This document shows, piece by piece, positions 1 to 9,114 of a stretch of DNA of 64,000 nucleotides (position 1 is its first letter; every line of letters starts with the position of its first letter). A program made the position numbers and the translations under genes. Origin of the DNA: Bacteroidales bacterium UBA4788 (lineage in GTDB: Bacteria > Bacteroidota > Bacteroidia > Bacteroidales > VadinHA17); contig DHGW01000049.1 in the NCBI GenBank assembly GCA_002402965.1, positions 3,692-67,691 of the forward strand, written 5' to 3'. The notes beneath the pieces were generated by a model that searched no databases, was not told where the DNA came from, and saw only the letters and a program-made list of their open reading frames with translations.

Positions 1-16
1 GTACAGGAAGTACCTT

Positions 17-1315
17 ATGAATCTGCCGTTAAAATCAATGCGAGTAATAGTTGCCATAGTCCTGGTATTGTTCCTGTTTGTGCCCAAGGTTGGCACTGAG
101 CAGGTTTCCGGACTGGCGGGTACATATCTTCCAGCGCATCTGCGAATTGACAACACTCTCCTTAAGGGCGAGATGTTTGATGGAGCGGATAAGGCGGTTG
201 AGTCGTTTTTGAAGACCTGGGACATTAAGGGGGCATCCATTGCCGTGGCAAAGAACGGTAAGCTGCTCTATGCCCGTGGCTTTGGCTATGCTTCAGTTCC
301 GGACTCTCTCCCGGTTGAGCCTTATCACCGTTTCCGTGTAGCAAGTGTCTCCAAGCTTGTCACGGCAGTGGCTGTGATGAAGCTACAGGAGCAGGGCAGA
401 CTCTCTGTGACCGAAAAGGTGTTCGGAGCGGGTGCAATACTGGATGATACGCTCTTTGCCAATCCGAAGGACACCCGGGTGTATGATATAACGGTAGGGC
501 ATTTGCTTTCGCATGAGGCAGGGTGGTCACAGCGATACGGTGATCAGATGTTCATGCCTGAAGTGATAGCCCGCTCACTTGACGTGCCGATGCCGGTAGA
601 CCTTAAGACCATCATCAGGTTTGCACTGAGTAAGAACCTGCATTTTGCTCCCGGTACAGGGCAGTCTTACAGTAATCTTGGATACAGCATCCTGGGCCTT
701 GTGATCGAAGAAGCCTCGGGTATGGATTATGAAACGTTCTGTCAGAAGGAGATACTTGAGCCGCTTGGTATTTATGACATGGCCATAGGGCATAATCTGC
801 CCGCGGACGCGCTTCCCCTCGAGGTATCCTACTACGAGGTGGAAAATGCCACTCCTAAACCCTCAATTTACGGTACCGGTGAGATGGTAATGGCCAGCAG
901 GGGAGGGAATGACATTGAGACCCTCGGTGCGGCAGGAGGATGGGTTGCCACAGCCCCTGACCTGATGAGACTCTTGCTGGCAATTGACGGTTTTGATTTG
1001 CCCAGAGATATTCTTGCACCTGAGAGCATCGAATTCATGACAGATGTCTATAACGGATATGCTCCTGTAGGATGGAGGGCAACTCTTCCCAACGGGACAT
1101 GGTGGCGGACGGGTTCATTCTCGGGCACCACTGCCATGTTGAAGAGAATGCCTGACGGTATTGCATGGGTCGTGCTGATGAATAGCAGTTCCTGGAACGG
1201 CCCCGAGCTGACAACAGAAATTGACCAGATGATGTATAAGTTCCTGCAGCGGGTCAATCAGTGGCCGGAAACTGATCTTTTCAGTTATTCTGCTCCGGTC
1301 GCACTTAGATTCTGA
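17..1315 (+). CDS. Secreted serine hydrolase of the beta-lactamase / penicillin-binding-protein-like family
   Basis: 432-aa ORF with a hydrophobic N-terminal signal. It has an SxxK motif (SVSK) and a downstream YxN motif (YSN), as in class C-type beta-lactamase-fold hydrolases. Confidence 0.8.
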   Translation: MNLPLKSMRVIVAIVLVLFLFVPKVGTEQVSGLAGTYLPAHLRIDNTLLKGEMFDGADKAVESFLKTWDIKGASIAVAKNGKLLYARGFGYASVPDSLPVEPYHRFRVASVSKLVTAVAVMKLQEQGRLSVTEKVFGAGAILDDTLFANPKDTRVYDITVGHLLSHEAGWSQRYGDQMFMPEVIARSLDVPMPVDLKTIIRFALSKNLHFAPGTGQSYSNLGYSILGLVIEEASGMDYETFCQKEILEPLGIYDMAIGHNLPADALPLEVSYYEVENATPKPSIYGTGEMVMASRGGNDIETLGAAGGWVATAPDLMRLLLAIDGFDLPRDILAPESIEFMTDVYNGYAPVGWRATLPNGTWWRTGSFSGTTAMLKRMPDGIAWVVLMNSSSWNGPELTTEIDQMMYKFLQRVNQWPETDLFSYSAPVALRF

Positions 1316-1352
1316 CTGCCGCTTTCACAGAAAGCATAAAGCTTGCACTTAA

Positions 1353-2075
1353 ATGTGTTTCACAGTTAATTTAAATATTGTCAGGGAAGAGCTAGAGGAG
1401 CGTTACGGCAGTGAGCTGATTGATCACGACAAGTACCGTCCGAGTTTCTACTATCATGCATACAGTTTGCCTTCAATGCCGGTTGTCTGTTCTGACCGCA
1501 GCGCAGGAATCAGGCTTTTCAGGTGGGGACTAATCCCATCCTGGGTTACCGGCGAAAATGAGGCCAACGAAATCATGCTCAAGACCTTTAATGCCCGTTC
1601 GGAAACCATTGCTTCCAAACCTGCATTCAGGGAATCGTTCGCATACAGGCGTTGCCTGGTTCCCGTGAGGGGCTTCTTCGAATGGCAGCACCTGGGGGGC
1701 AGAAAGATCCCGTGGTATATCACCCTCAGGGGAGAAGAGATCTTCTCACTGGCAGGTATCTGGGACTCATGGACCATGCAGGGAGGTATAACTCTTAACA
1801 CATTCTCAGTGGTTACCACCCGTGCCAACGAATTAATGGAGGAGATACACAACTCCAAAAAACGGATGCCGGTGATCCTCCCGGCTGCTGCGGAAAGCCT
1901 CTGGCTTAAGGAGGGAATTCCAGGAGATGTGCTTGCTGCACTTATGGAGCCTGCCGGATCAGACCTGCTTGCAGCACATACAGTAAGCCCGCTGATAACA
2001 AATTCACGCGCCGACCGCAACCGGCCGGAGCTGATCATGCCCTATAACTACCCGGTACAGGGCTCCCTTTTCTGA
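1353..2075 (+). CDS. SOS response-associated peptidase (SRAP / YedK-HMCES family, abasic-site processing)
   Basis: The protein begins with MC, so the catalytic Cys is at position 2. It has family-typical stretches (RWGLIPSW, FNARSET, RMPVIL) and a length of 240 aa. Confidence 0.85.
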   Translation: MCFTVNLNIVREELEERYGSELIDHDKYRPSFYYHAYSLPSMPVVCSDRSAGIRLFRWGLIPSWVTGENEANEIMLKTFNARSETIASKPAFRESFAYRRCLVPVRGFFEWQHLGGRKIPWYITLRGEEIFSLAGIWDSWTMQGGITLNTFSVVTTRANELMEEIHNSKKRMPVILPAAAESLWLKEGIPGDVLAALMEPAGSDLLAAHTVSPLITNSRADRNRPELIMPYNYPVQGSLF

Positions 2076-2081
2076 TTTATT

Positions 2082-2822
2082 TCAGTTCTGTGATACGAAA
2101 ACGAATGTGAGAAAGCCTCCCTGTTTTTCAGGAGCGTTCTGGTCCGAATTGAACCTTGATTTGTAAGCATGTTCAACTGCCGTCTCCGTGAGACATGGAT
2201 CTTTGGTGGATGAGAGTTTAGACGCTGGTTCAGCCTTGATTACCGAGCCGCTGCGATCCACCACTATGGCAAGAGTTATCTGTCCCGCACCTTCGCATTT
2301 ATAGATCGGAACCGGCAGGAATACATGCTGACGCCCGGCAAGGTCATAGAAAATACGTGTCGGGCCCCTGAAGGTTCCCTTTTCTGCAGGCTTCTCCTTC
2401 TGCTCAGTCACCTCGGGATTTACCTCCTCTTTCGGTATGGCAAGCTCCTCCATTCCGGCTTCCTCTTCAATCTTACGGTCATCAATGAAGTTTTTTTCAT
2501 TGAGCAGACCGCTCTTAATCATCTCCTCCTTGACCATGTTCTCGTACTCCCTGGGGTCAATATCCATGGGTTTGTCGGCTATATTCTTTATGATGTTTAC
2601 CAGCTCCTCTGCGCTTGCCCCCTGAAACTGGTCGCTCTTGGCCAGTTCGAGCGCCTTCTCCATGTCGGGATCGGGAAGCTCCTCCTCGAAGGATAATATG
2701 ATCTCGGCGGCTATCTCCCGATGCAGAGCCGAAATTTTTACGGACATAAAGACGACAGCCACAGTCAGGTGAATTATGATTGTGGCCATAATGGCCGTGA
2801 ATGTGATTTCAAACCTGTTCAT
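2082..2822 (-). CDS. Membrane-anchored protein with a Glu/Lys-rich linker and a TonB-C-like C-terminal domain
   Basis: A single N-terminal TM helix is followed by an acidic/basic low-complexity linker. The roughly 90-aa C-terminus resembles the TonB C-terminal fold. The gene lies directly downstream of a TonB-dependent receptor gene on the same strand. Confidence 0.45.
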   Translation of the reverse strand: MNRFEITFTAIMATIIIHLTVAVVFMSVKISALHREIAAEIILSFEEELPDPDMEKALELAKSDQFQGASAEELVNIIKNIADKPMDIDPREYENMVKEEMIKSGLLNEKNFIDDRKIEEEAGMEELAIPKEEVNPEVTEQKEKPAEKGTFRGPTRIFYDLAGRQHVFLPVPIYKCEGAGQITLAIVVDRSGSVIKAEPASKLSSTKDPCLTETAVEHAYKSRFNSDQNAPEKQGGFLTFVFVSQN

Positions 2823-2868
2823 CAGGGTACGAAATTAGGAATAAATGTAACTCTGAATACCTTATACG

Positions 2869-5292
2869 TCAGAATTGTGCTGTCAGTTTCAGATTGAGGC
2901 TTCTTCTCGTGAGATAGTTAGGTACAGCATACTCTCTTGTTTCTCCCTGGCTGTTTCTGACAGTACGGATCCAAGTATATGAGATCGTGTTCCTTATGTC
3001 GGACAGATTGAAGATCTCAAATCCGGCAACCAGCTCTTTCATGAACGACTCCTTCCTCTTTGCTGAACCACCTGAGAGCACCTTTGAGAAGCCTATATCA
3101 ATTCTTCTGTAGGGAGGCATCCTGAACCAGATGTCCCATTGATCAATTCCTGGTGGCGAAGTTGGAATGCCGGTACCGAATGCAAGATTTATGTGGGCTC
3201 TGAAATCAGGGTGAGAAGGGAGGTAATCCTGGAAGAAGATGCTGAAGTGTACCCTCTGATCAAAGGGAGAGGGAAAACGTGCCGTGGAAAGCGAGGGTAT
3301 CTGCATTTCCGATTTCATCAGGGAGAGGCTGAACCACGACTCAACACCGGGAACGAACTCTCCATTGACTCTCATATCTATTCCGGCCGAATAACCTCTG
3401 GCAATGTTGCCACCGTAGTACACAAGCCTGACATTGTCAACCAGGTATGGTACCAGGCGGTCAAAGTGTTTGCCCCATGCTTCTGCAGTGAATCTGAATG
3501 GTCTCTCCCATGCAATGAAATCGTAGCGTGCCCCTGCCGTCAGGTGGTATGAGCGTTGTGCCTTCAGGCGCCTTGCACCGGTTCCTTCTTCGAGCATCAG
3601 CTCTCGTCCTGCCGGAGGCTGATGGTAAGCACCTGCAGCGATATATAATAAGAAGCTCCTGCTCAGCTCCGTCCTGACAGAGATGCGGGGTGAGACCAGC
3701 AGCTCAGAGCTGTAGGTATCATATGACGTCCTTATCCCGGCATTGAGGTCGCTTGCCCTGTCTGCAATCATGAAACTGGCCCGGCTGATGATCCATCCCC
3801 CGGCGGTGAAGCTTCTGGCTGCAACTCTCAGCTCAGACCGTGAAGTGAGCACAAGTCCGTCACCTGTTCCTCCAAGTGTAAAGCCTGCGGAGTCTACCCT
3901 CAGCCATTCGTCACGGTGTGAGTCATTGCTCTTGTACCTTGCAGTCAAACCCCACTCCAGGCCGTTTCTTCCGGAGAGGATGGATCCCTGGTATGAAACA
4001 CCTGTCAATGTGCTCCGGAAAGAGTTGCGGGCGTGAGAGAGCCAACTTCCAACCCCGGCATTGATCAGAGTGTCGGGTTTGTTCTCACTGCCTATATTCT
4101 GGTCAAGCGAGAAGAGATTGTACGCACCCCTGATGTCATAGTTCTCATTTTCCCCTGCAATTTGAGCTGAGATAATGAATTTGGAGGCAAGGCGTTCATT
4201 GTGTTTGAGTTCGAGTGTGATAGCGCCTCCGCCGCTGTTATACCTGTCACGTTCCCCTCCTTCAAAGAAGGTATAGAGACGGTAAGCCTTCTCAAATGTC
4301 CCGAATGTAGTAGTCCGGCTTTGCGGTATAAAGATGTAGTTGTTTGATGAGCCCCAGAGAGAAAGGGTGAGTTTAGTGTTCATGTCAGGCTGATAACCGC
4401 CAATGGCCTGAATATCTGCAAAATGAGGCCGGTATGCGCCGCGGTCCTCAAGGCTGCCCAGGAGTATGGCATTGGAACGGTACCGTGCACCGGCAATGAA
4501 CCAGAGCCTTTCATCCCTGCTCCTCGCACCGGCATGTACCGAAGAGGTAAGAAGGCTCAGTGAGACTGATCCTTCTCTGTTCTCAGGCTCACGGTAGTTT
4601 ATATCGAGCACTGATGACATCCTGTCTCCGTATGATGCGCTGAATCCTCCGGGGGAGAAATTCACCGAGGCAGTCAGGTCGGGATTGATCCTGCTCAGAC
4701 CCTCCTGTTGCCCGGTCCGGATGAGGTAAGGCCGGTATACTTCGACACCATTGATATATACCAGGTTTTCGTCATAGCTGCCACCCCGGACCGAATAGCC
4801 TGAGCTAAGTTCACTGTATGAGGCAACTCCCGGCAGGGTTGCTATGGCAGCTTCAATACCCCCGGTTACTGATGGTATCACAGCTCCTGCTACCGACGGA
4901 ATACTTATGACTGTAATATTATCAGGCCTGGTGGCGGTCACTTTCACATCGCCAATGCTGATTACTTCCGGTAACAACTCTATCATGAGCTGGCCGGCCG
5001 GCTTTGCAGCAGCCATGTCCAGAGTGTCATTTATGTATCCTAAAGATGAGAAGATGAGAGTAATGCGGTCACCGGCGCCAGGGTCAAAAATCAGTCTGAA
5101 GGTGCCGTCTTCACCGGTAACGGTACCTTTGTTGAAGTCAGGCACAAAGACTGTGACTCCGGGGATATGAAACCCGGCTGTGTCAGTGACGGTACCTGAA
5201 ATAACCCGCTCCTGTGCCTGGACCAGGGAGGGGGCGAATATACCAGGCAAAGCAATAATAAGGGGGAGTATTTTTCTGGATGACCATGTCAT
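2869..5292 (-). CDS. TonB-dependent outer-membrane receptor with an N-terminal carboxypeptidase-regulatory-like domain
   Basis: The order of elements is signal peptide, CarboxypepD_reg-like stretch (ISGTVTD...GVTVFV...TGEDGTFRL), plug-like region (LPGV...SVRGG...VYINGVEV), then a long beta-barrel ending in a terminal Phe. Confidence 0.7.
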   Translation of the reverse strand: MTWSSRKILPLIIALPGIFAPSLVQAQERVISGTVTDTAGFHIPGVTVFVPDFNKGTVTGEDGTFRLIFDPGAGDRITLIFSSLGYINDTLDMAAAKPAGQLMIELLPEVISIGDVKVTATRPDNITVISIPSVAGAVIPSVTGGIEAAIATLPGVASYSELSSGYSVRGGSYDENLVYINGVEVYRPYLIRTGQQEGLSRINPDLTASVNFSPGGFSASYGDRMSSVLDINYREPENREGSVSLSLLTSSVHAGARSRDERLWFIAGARYRSNAILLGSLEDRGAYRPHFADIQAIGGYQPDMNTKLTLSLWGSSNNYIFIPQSRTTTFGTFEKAYRLYTFFEGGERDRYNSGGGAITLELKHNERLASKFIISAQIAGENENYDIRGAYNLFSLDQNIGSENKPDTLINAGVGSWLSHARNSFRSTLTGVSYQGSILSGRNGLEWGLTARYKSNDSHRDEWLRVDSAGFTLGGTGDGLVLTSRSELRVAARSFTAGGWIISRASFMIADRASDLNAGIRTSYDTYSSELLVSPRISVRTELSRSFLLYIAAGAYHQPPAGRELMLEEGTGARRLKAQRSYHLTAGARYDFIAWERPFRFTAEAWGKHFDRLVPYLVDNVRLVYYGGNIARGYSAGIDMRVNGEFVPGVESWFSLSLMKSEMQIPSLSTARFPSPFDQRVHFSIFFQDYLPSHPDFRAHINLAFGTGIPTSPPGIDQWDIWFRMPPYRRIDIGFSKVLSGGSAKRKESFMKELVAGFEIFNLSDIRNTISYTWIRTVRNSQGETREYAVPNYLTRRSLNLKLTAQF

Positions 5293-5972
5293 CAGTCATT
5301 CTTTTTCTTCTTGCGGCTCTTGCTCTTTTTTACCTTATTGGTCTTGGAGGGCTCGTTCTTCAGCATCCCGTCCTTGACTCCCTTTACGAATTTCTGCCAT
5401 GCAAAGGGGTTAAGCAGGTTATTGGCCGGCATCTGGCCTCTGGTATAGAGATTGTCAGACATCTGTTGCATGGTGTAGCGGTATGCCTGTCCGGGTGTCG
5501 GGGTCATGTCACTCCATATCTGTTGCTGAACCATTGCCAGGTTATATTCCATATTCTCCATCAGGGGATCAACCGGCTTATTTTCCAGAACTGCCCTCTT
5601 GAACTCTGAGTAGGTCTTCCATGGCAGCACAAGCACCTCGCCGATCCGGATGGTGTCAGTGACCATGAGTACGTCCGTAATGTAATGGTCTCCTGTTGTG
5701 GTGACGGGAACTGTCAGTAAGGTCGATTTGTAGCCTATTGCGCTGAAGAATACGGTATCGCCCGGGGCGCTTATTATTGAAAAGATACCACGGTGATCAC
5801 TGGCTGCTCCGCGACGCAGATGCTTAGAGTAAATGCTTACGTCGGGAACAATAAAACCGTTCTCGTCAGCTGTCAGTCCATCTATCTGTATATACCTTTT
5901 TTCTCCTGCCTGAGAATGGAGCCAGGACAACGGAAATGCCAGCATGACACAAATCACCAAAAACTTCTTCAA
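5292..5972 (-). CDS. Carboxypeptidase-regulatory-like domain protein, secreted, with a Lys-rich tail
   Basis: It has a signal peptide, a CarboxypepD_reg-like motif (DHRGIFSIISAPGDTVFFSAIGYKS) and the C-terminal tail KKSKSRKKKKND. Its stop overlaps the start of the downstream receptor gene by 1 nt (TGATG). Confidence 0.55.
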   Translation of the reverse strand: MKKFLVICVMLAFPLSWLHSQAGEKRYIQIDGLTADENGFIVPDVSIYSKHLRRGAASDHRGIFSIISAPGDTVFFSAIGYKSTLLTVPVTTTGDHYITDVLMVTDTIRIGEVLVLPWKTYSEFKRAVLENKPVDPLMENMEYNLAMVQQQIWSDMTPTPGQAYRYTMQQMSDNLYTRGQMPANNLLNPFAWQKFVKGVKDGMLKNEPSKTNKVKKSKSRKKKKND

Positions 5973-6088
5973 CGACAGATAATTTTGTGACGTAAAGTAA
6001 ACAATAATGACATTTACTTCTTGATTTTAACTTAACTTTAATGATCTTTACTGTCGCCGTAACGAAAACAAATAAATGCTAAATAAAT

Positions 6089-7708
6089 ATGCAGAAACTC
6101 TTATTACTTGGAGATGAGGCTATTGCACAGGCTGCCCTGGATGCTGGTCTGAGCGGCATGTATGCCTATCCGGGTACGCCATCAACAGAGATAATGGAGT
6201 ATATCCAGGCCTCCCAACAGGCAGCTTCGGACAGTGTGCACAGGGAGTGGTCTTCAAATGAGAAGACCGCCATGGAAGCTGCACTGGGTATGTCATATGC
6301 CGGCAAGAGGGCCATGGTGGCCATGAAGCATGTAGGGCTGAATGTTGCTGCCGATGCCTTTATCAACTCGGCTGTGACTGGTGTGAATGGAGGCCTGGTG
6401 GTTGTTGCGGCAGATGATCCTTCGATGCACTCTTCTCAGAACGAGCAGGACTCACGTTTTTACGGAAAGTTTGCACTGGTTCCCGTCATGGAGCCGCGAA
6501 ACCAGCAGGAGGCTTATGACATGATCTTTGATGCCTTCGCTTTATCTGAGAAATTCAGGCTGCCGGTCCTGTTCAGGATTACGACGCGCCTGGCTCACTC
6601 AAGGTCAGCAGTAGCCAGAAGGGAGAAGACCATGCAGAATACCCTCTCCCTGCCGGGCAATCCACGTCAGTTTGTACTTCTGCCGGCTATAGCACGGAAG
6701 CAATACAGGGCGCTTACGGGTATATACGAGACACTTCGAACTGATTCAGTGCTGGATGGTCATAACAGGCTCCTCGAGGGCAAAGGCAGAGGTACGGGTA
6801 TCATTGCGTGCGGTATTGCTTTCAACTACCTGATGGAGAACATAGGTGATAACTACGGTGATTATAATATACTTTCAGTCGGGACCTATCCCCTGAACAG
6901 GGATAAGGTGGCAGCCCTGGTCGGCAGGTGTGACAGGGTGCTGGTCCTTGAAGATGGCTATCCCATGATAGAGGAGCATCTGAGGGGTTTGCTAGACAGG
7001 GATGTCACTGTGCTCGGACGCCTGGATGGTACAGTGCCACGTGATGGTGAGCTGAATCCTGCAATCGTGGCGTCAGCCCTGGGCCTGAAATCCACCTGCG
7101 GCAGGGATGTGCCATCGCTGGTACGTCAACGTCCACCATCTTTCTGCAAGGGGTGCGGTCATGCGGATCTCTATTCCGCCCTGGCCGAGGTGATGGCTGA
7201 AGCAGGACCTGGGCGGGTATTCTCCGACATAGGTTGCTATACCCTTGGAGCACTGCCTCCTTACAATATGGTCAACTCCTGTGTTGACATGGGAGCCTCG
7301 GTCACAATGGCAGTAGGCGCTGCCGATGCCGGACTTTTTCCGGCAGTGGCAGTCATTGGCGACTCCACCTTTACCCACTCGGGAATGACCGGGCTGCTCG
7401 ACGCTGTGTTAAAAGACTCTCCCATAACACTCATCATTTCAGACAACTCCACCACCGGTATGACTGGCGGACAGAAGTCGCAGGCTACAGACAGGCTGGA
7501 AAGCATCTGTCTGGGAATCGGGGTTGATCCTGCTCATCTGAAGGTGATTGTGCCACTCAGGAAGAACCATGAGGAGAATAAGTCAGTTATCGGCGCCGAG
7601 CTGAAACATAATGGTCTTTCGGTAATACTTGCGAGGCGGGAGTGCATTCAAACAGCATCACGAAACAAAAAGGCCGAAGCGGCAGAGAAAAACAAATCCG
7701 GGGAATAA
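6089..7708 (+). CDS. iorA: Indolepyruvate:ferredoxin oxidoreductase alpha subunit (TPP-dependent)
   Basis: The N-terminus (LLGDEAIAQAALDAG...YPGTPSTEI) and the FCxGCGH TPP-domain motif are typical of IorA. It is immediately followed by an iorB-like gene. Confidence 0.8.
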   Translation: MQKLLLLGDEAIAQAALDAGLSGMYAYPGTPSTEIMEYIQASQQAASDSVHREWSSNEKTAMEAALGMSYAGKRAMVAMKHVGLNVAADAFINSAVTGVNGGLVVVAADDPSMHSSQNEQDSRFYGKFALVPVMEPRNQQEAYDMIFDAFALSEKFRLPVLFRITTRLAHSRSAVARREKTMQNTLSLPGNPRQFVLLPAIARKQYRALTGIYETLRTDSVLDGHNRLLEGKGRGTGIIACGIAFNYLMENIGDNYGDYNILSVGTYPLNRDKVAALVGRCDRVLVLEDGYPMIEEHLRGLLDRDVTVLGRLDGTVPRDGELNPAIVASALGLKSTCGRDVPSLVRQRPPSFCKGCGHADLYSALAEVMAEAGPGRVFSDIGCYTLGALPPYNMVNSCVDMGASVTMAVGAADAGLFPAVAVIGDSTFTHSGMTGLLDAVLKDSPITLIISDNSTTGMTGGQKSQATDRLESICLGIGVDPAHLKVIVPLRKNHEENKSVIGAELKHNGLSVILARRECIQTASRNKKAEAAEKNKSGE

Positions 7709-7709
7709 C

Positions 7710-8285
7710 ATGAAATGTGATATTATATTGGCAGGTGTAGGCGGACAGGGTATCCTCTCCATAGCCGCCACGATTGGTCTAGCAGCCGTTGAGCAGAATC
7801 TGTTTCTGAAGCAGGCCGAGGTACATGGCATGAGCCAGAGAGGTGGTGACGTGCAGTCACATCTGAGGCTCTCAGACAGGGAGATCTGGTCCGACCTGAT
7901 CCCGCATGGAGGGGCTGATCTGATCATCAGTGTTGAACCGATGGAGGCATTGCGTTACCTCCCGTGGCTCTCCTCAGGGGGCTGGATCGTAACCAGTTCT
8001 GTTCCCTATGTGAACATCCCCGACTACCCTGAGGCTGGCAAGGTGCTTGCGGAGCTTGACAGGGCTGGCAACACAATTGTACTTGATGCGGATGGCATTG
8101 CCAGGGATCTGGGATCGGCAAGATCTGGCAACATGGTAATCCTCGGTGCGGCATCATCATTCATCTCAATGCCGTTCACATCGTTGGAGAATGCCGTCAG
8201 AAAGATGTTCAGCCGCAAGGGTGAGGAGGTTGTGGCTGTCAATCTTAAGGCATTGCATGCCGGCAGGGATGCTACGGGCAGATAA
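7710..8285 (+). CDS. iorB: Indolepyruvate:ferredoxin oxidoreductase beta subunit
   Basis: The N-terminus is MKCDIILAGVGGQGIL... I chose the ATG at 7710, 2 nt after the iorA stop, rather than the longer track ORF starting at 7629, which overlaps iorA. Confidence 0.8.
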   Translation: MKCDIILAGVGGQGILSIAATIGLAAVEQNLFLKQAEVHGMSQRGGDVQSHLRLSDREIWSDLIPHGGADLIISVEPMEALRYLPWLSSGGWIVTSSVPYVNIPDYPEAGKVLAELDRAGNTIVLDADGIARDLGSARSGNMVILGAASSFISMPFTSLENAVRKMFSRKGEEVVAVNLKALHAGRDATGR

Positions 8286-8493
8286 CGGATGCTGGCACAA
8301 TTGCGTCCAAACCAACGACAGCAGACAGTTGACCGGGGGCCAGCTGATTATCCGGGCATCATTTCAGTCACCCGGGTTCCGCGGACAGCAAACAGGCCCC
8401 GGCACACTACCGGGACCTGCCAGCGAGACATCCATACATCACCACCCGACCCCACAGCCATTATGGTCTGCCTGAGACGGTCCCTGTACCGGC

Positions 8494-8934
8494 TTACTTG
8501 CCCCGTCCCTTACCTCCGCGACCGGCAGGATCGCTGCCGGTGACAGGTTCCACCTCATGATCCGGTTCAGGTTCACCGGTTATCAATTCCCGTGACCTGT
8601 TTCCCGAGCTGAGCATCACCAGGTCTGAAGCCACGATCTCTGTGACATTCTTCTGGTTGCCGTTCTTGTCTGTGTAGCTGCGGTAGCTTATCCGTCCCTC
8701 AATGCAGACCTCCCTTCCCTTGCTGAGAAACTTCGAGGAGAGCTCGGCAAGTCCGTTCCACGCTACGATGCTATGCCAGGTGGTCTCATCGATTTTGGCA
8801 CCGTCAGCATTCTTGTAACTCTCATTCGTTGCGAGATTGAAGTGAGCTACCTTCTTTCCGCTCTCAAGCGTTCTGATCTCCGGATCCTGTCCCAGGCGAC
8901 CGATCAGTTGTACCCTGTTTCTTAATGCATTCAT
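8494..8934 (-). CDS. ssb: Single-stranded DNA-binding protein (OB fold) lacking the canonical acidic C-terminal tip
   Basis: The N-terminal OB-fold sequence is NRVQLIGRLGQDPE...TTWHSIVAWN...GRISYRSY. The C-terminus ends ...GRGGKGRGK instead of a D-D-(I/L)-P-F-type tip. Confidence 0.85.
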   Translation of the reverse strand: MNALRNRVQLIGRLGQDPEIRTLESGKKVAHFNLATNESYKNADGAKIDETTWHSIVAWNGLAELSSKFLSKGREVCIEGRISYRSYTDKNGNQKNVTEIVASDLVMLSSGNRSRELITGEPEPDHEVEPVTGSDPAGRGGKGRGK

Positions 8935-9018
8935 GACCTTTTGTTTTTAGTTAATAATGCTGTTAACGGTACAAATTTGCACCCTCTCCGGCACATGATC
9001 CGGTTATTAATCATTTCT

Positions 9019-9057
9019 ATCCGTTTAGCAGTCGTTTATATCCGTTTGAAAACGGAT
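9019..9057. promoter_or_regulatory. Candidate operator: three phased CCGTTT-type direct repeats plus an 18-bp palindrome
   Basis: The cores are CCGTTT at 9021, TCGTTT at 9032 and CCGTTT at 9042, spaced 11 and 10 bp apart. The last core forms the perfect palindrome ATCCGTTT-GA-AAACGGAT at 9040-9057. The site lies in the divergent ssb / Zn-ribbon-gene intergenic region. Confidence 0.35.
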
Positions 9058-9114
9058 TACAGAATAAGAATCAGACTGATATGAGATCTTGAAATGTATA
9101 TTTTATTTATCTTT

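Noticed and set aside
1454-2038. Long antisense ORFs inside confident genes (for example 1454-2038, 9789-10376, 25648-26214, 34462-34941, 42919-43605, 58164-58622)
   Set aside because: They are shadow ORFs on the opposite strand of genes with clear domain signatures. They have low-complexity Ser/Arg/Pro-rich translations and no recognisable motifs.
5980-5987. TAATTTTG as the iorAB promoter -7 box
   Set aside because: It is an exact TAnnTTTG match, but it lies about 100 nt upstream of the iorA ATG and abuts the start of the divergent gene at 5972. No -33 TTTG lies at a suitable spacing. The evidence is too weak to list as a feature.
7629-7709. The 5' extensions of track ORFs at 7629 (iorB), 12338 (mltG), 28420-29283 (DUF47), 35428 (oxidoreductase), 25126 (DPP III) and 9588 (TlpA-like)
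   Set aside because: Each extension overlaps a well-supported neighbouring gene or precedes an obvious signal peptide, lipobox or TAT motif that begins at an internal ATG. I chose the internal starts.
8286-8493. A possible structured RNA (SRP/4.5S-like) or small ORFs (8146-8475, 8289-8543) in the 208-bp GC-rich iorB/ssb convergent spacer
   Set aside because: Some local complementarity exists (CCGGGG.CC / GGCCCCGG and CCGGG / CCCGG). The reverse strand contains CAGGUCC, reminiscent of the SRP helix. However, the diagnostic GGAA tetraloop and AGCA-type symmetric-loop motif are absent. The ORFs are Pro/Arg-rich, which is typical of GC-rich noncoding translation. A covariance-model scan (Rfam) would be needed to revisit this.
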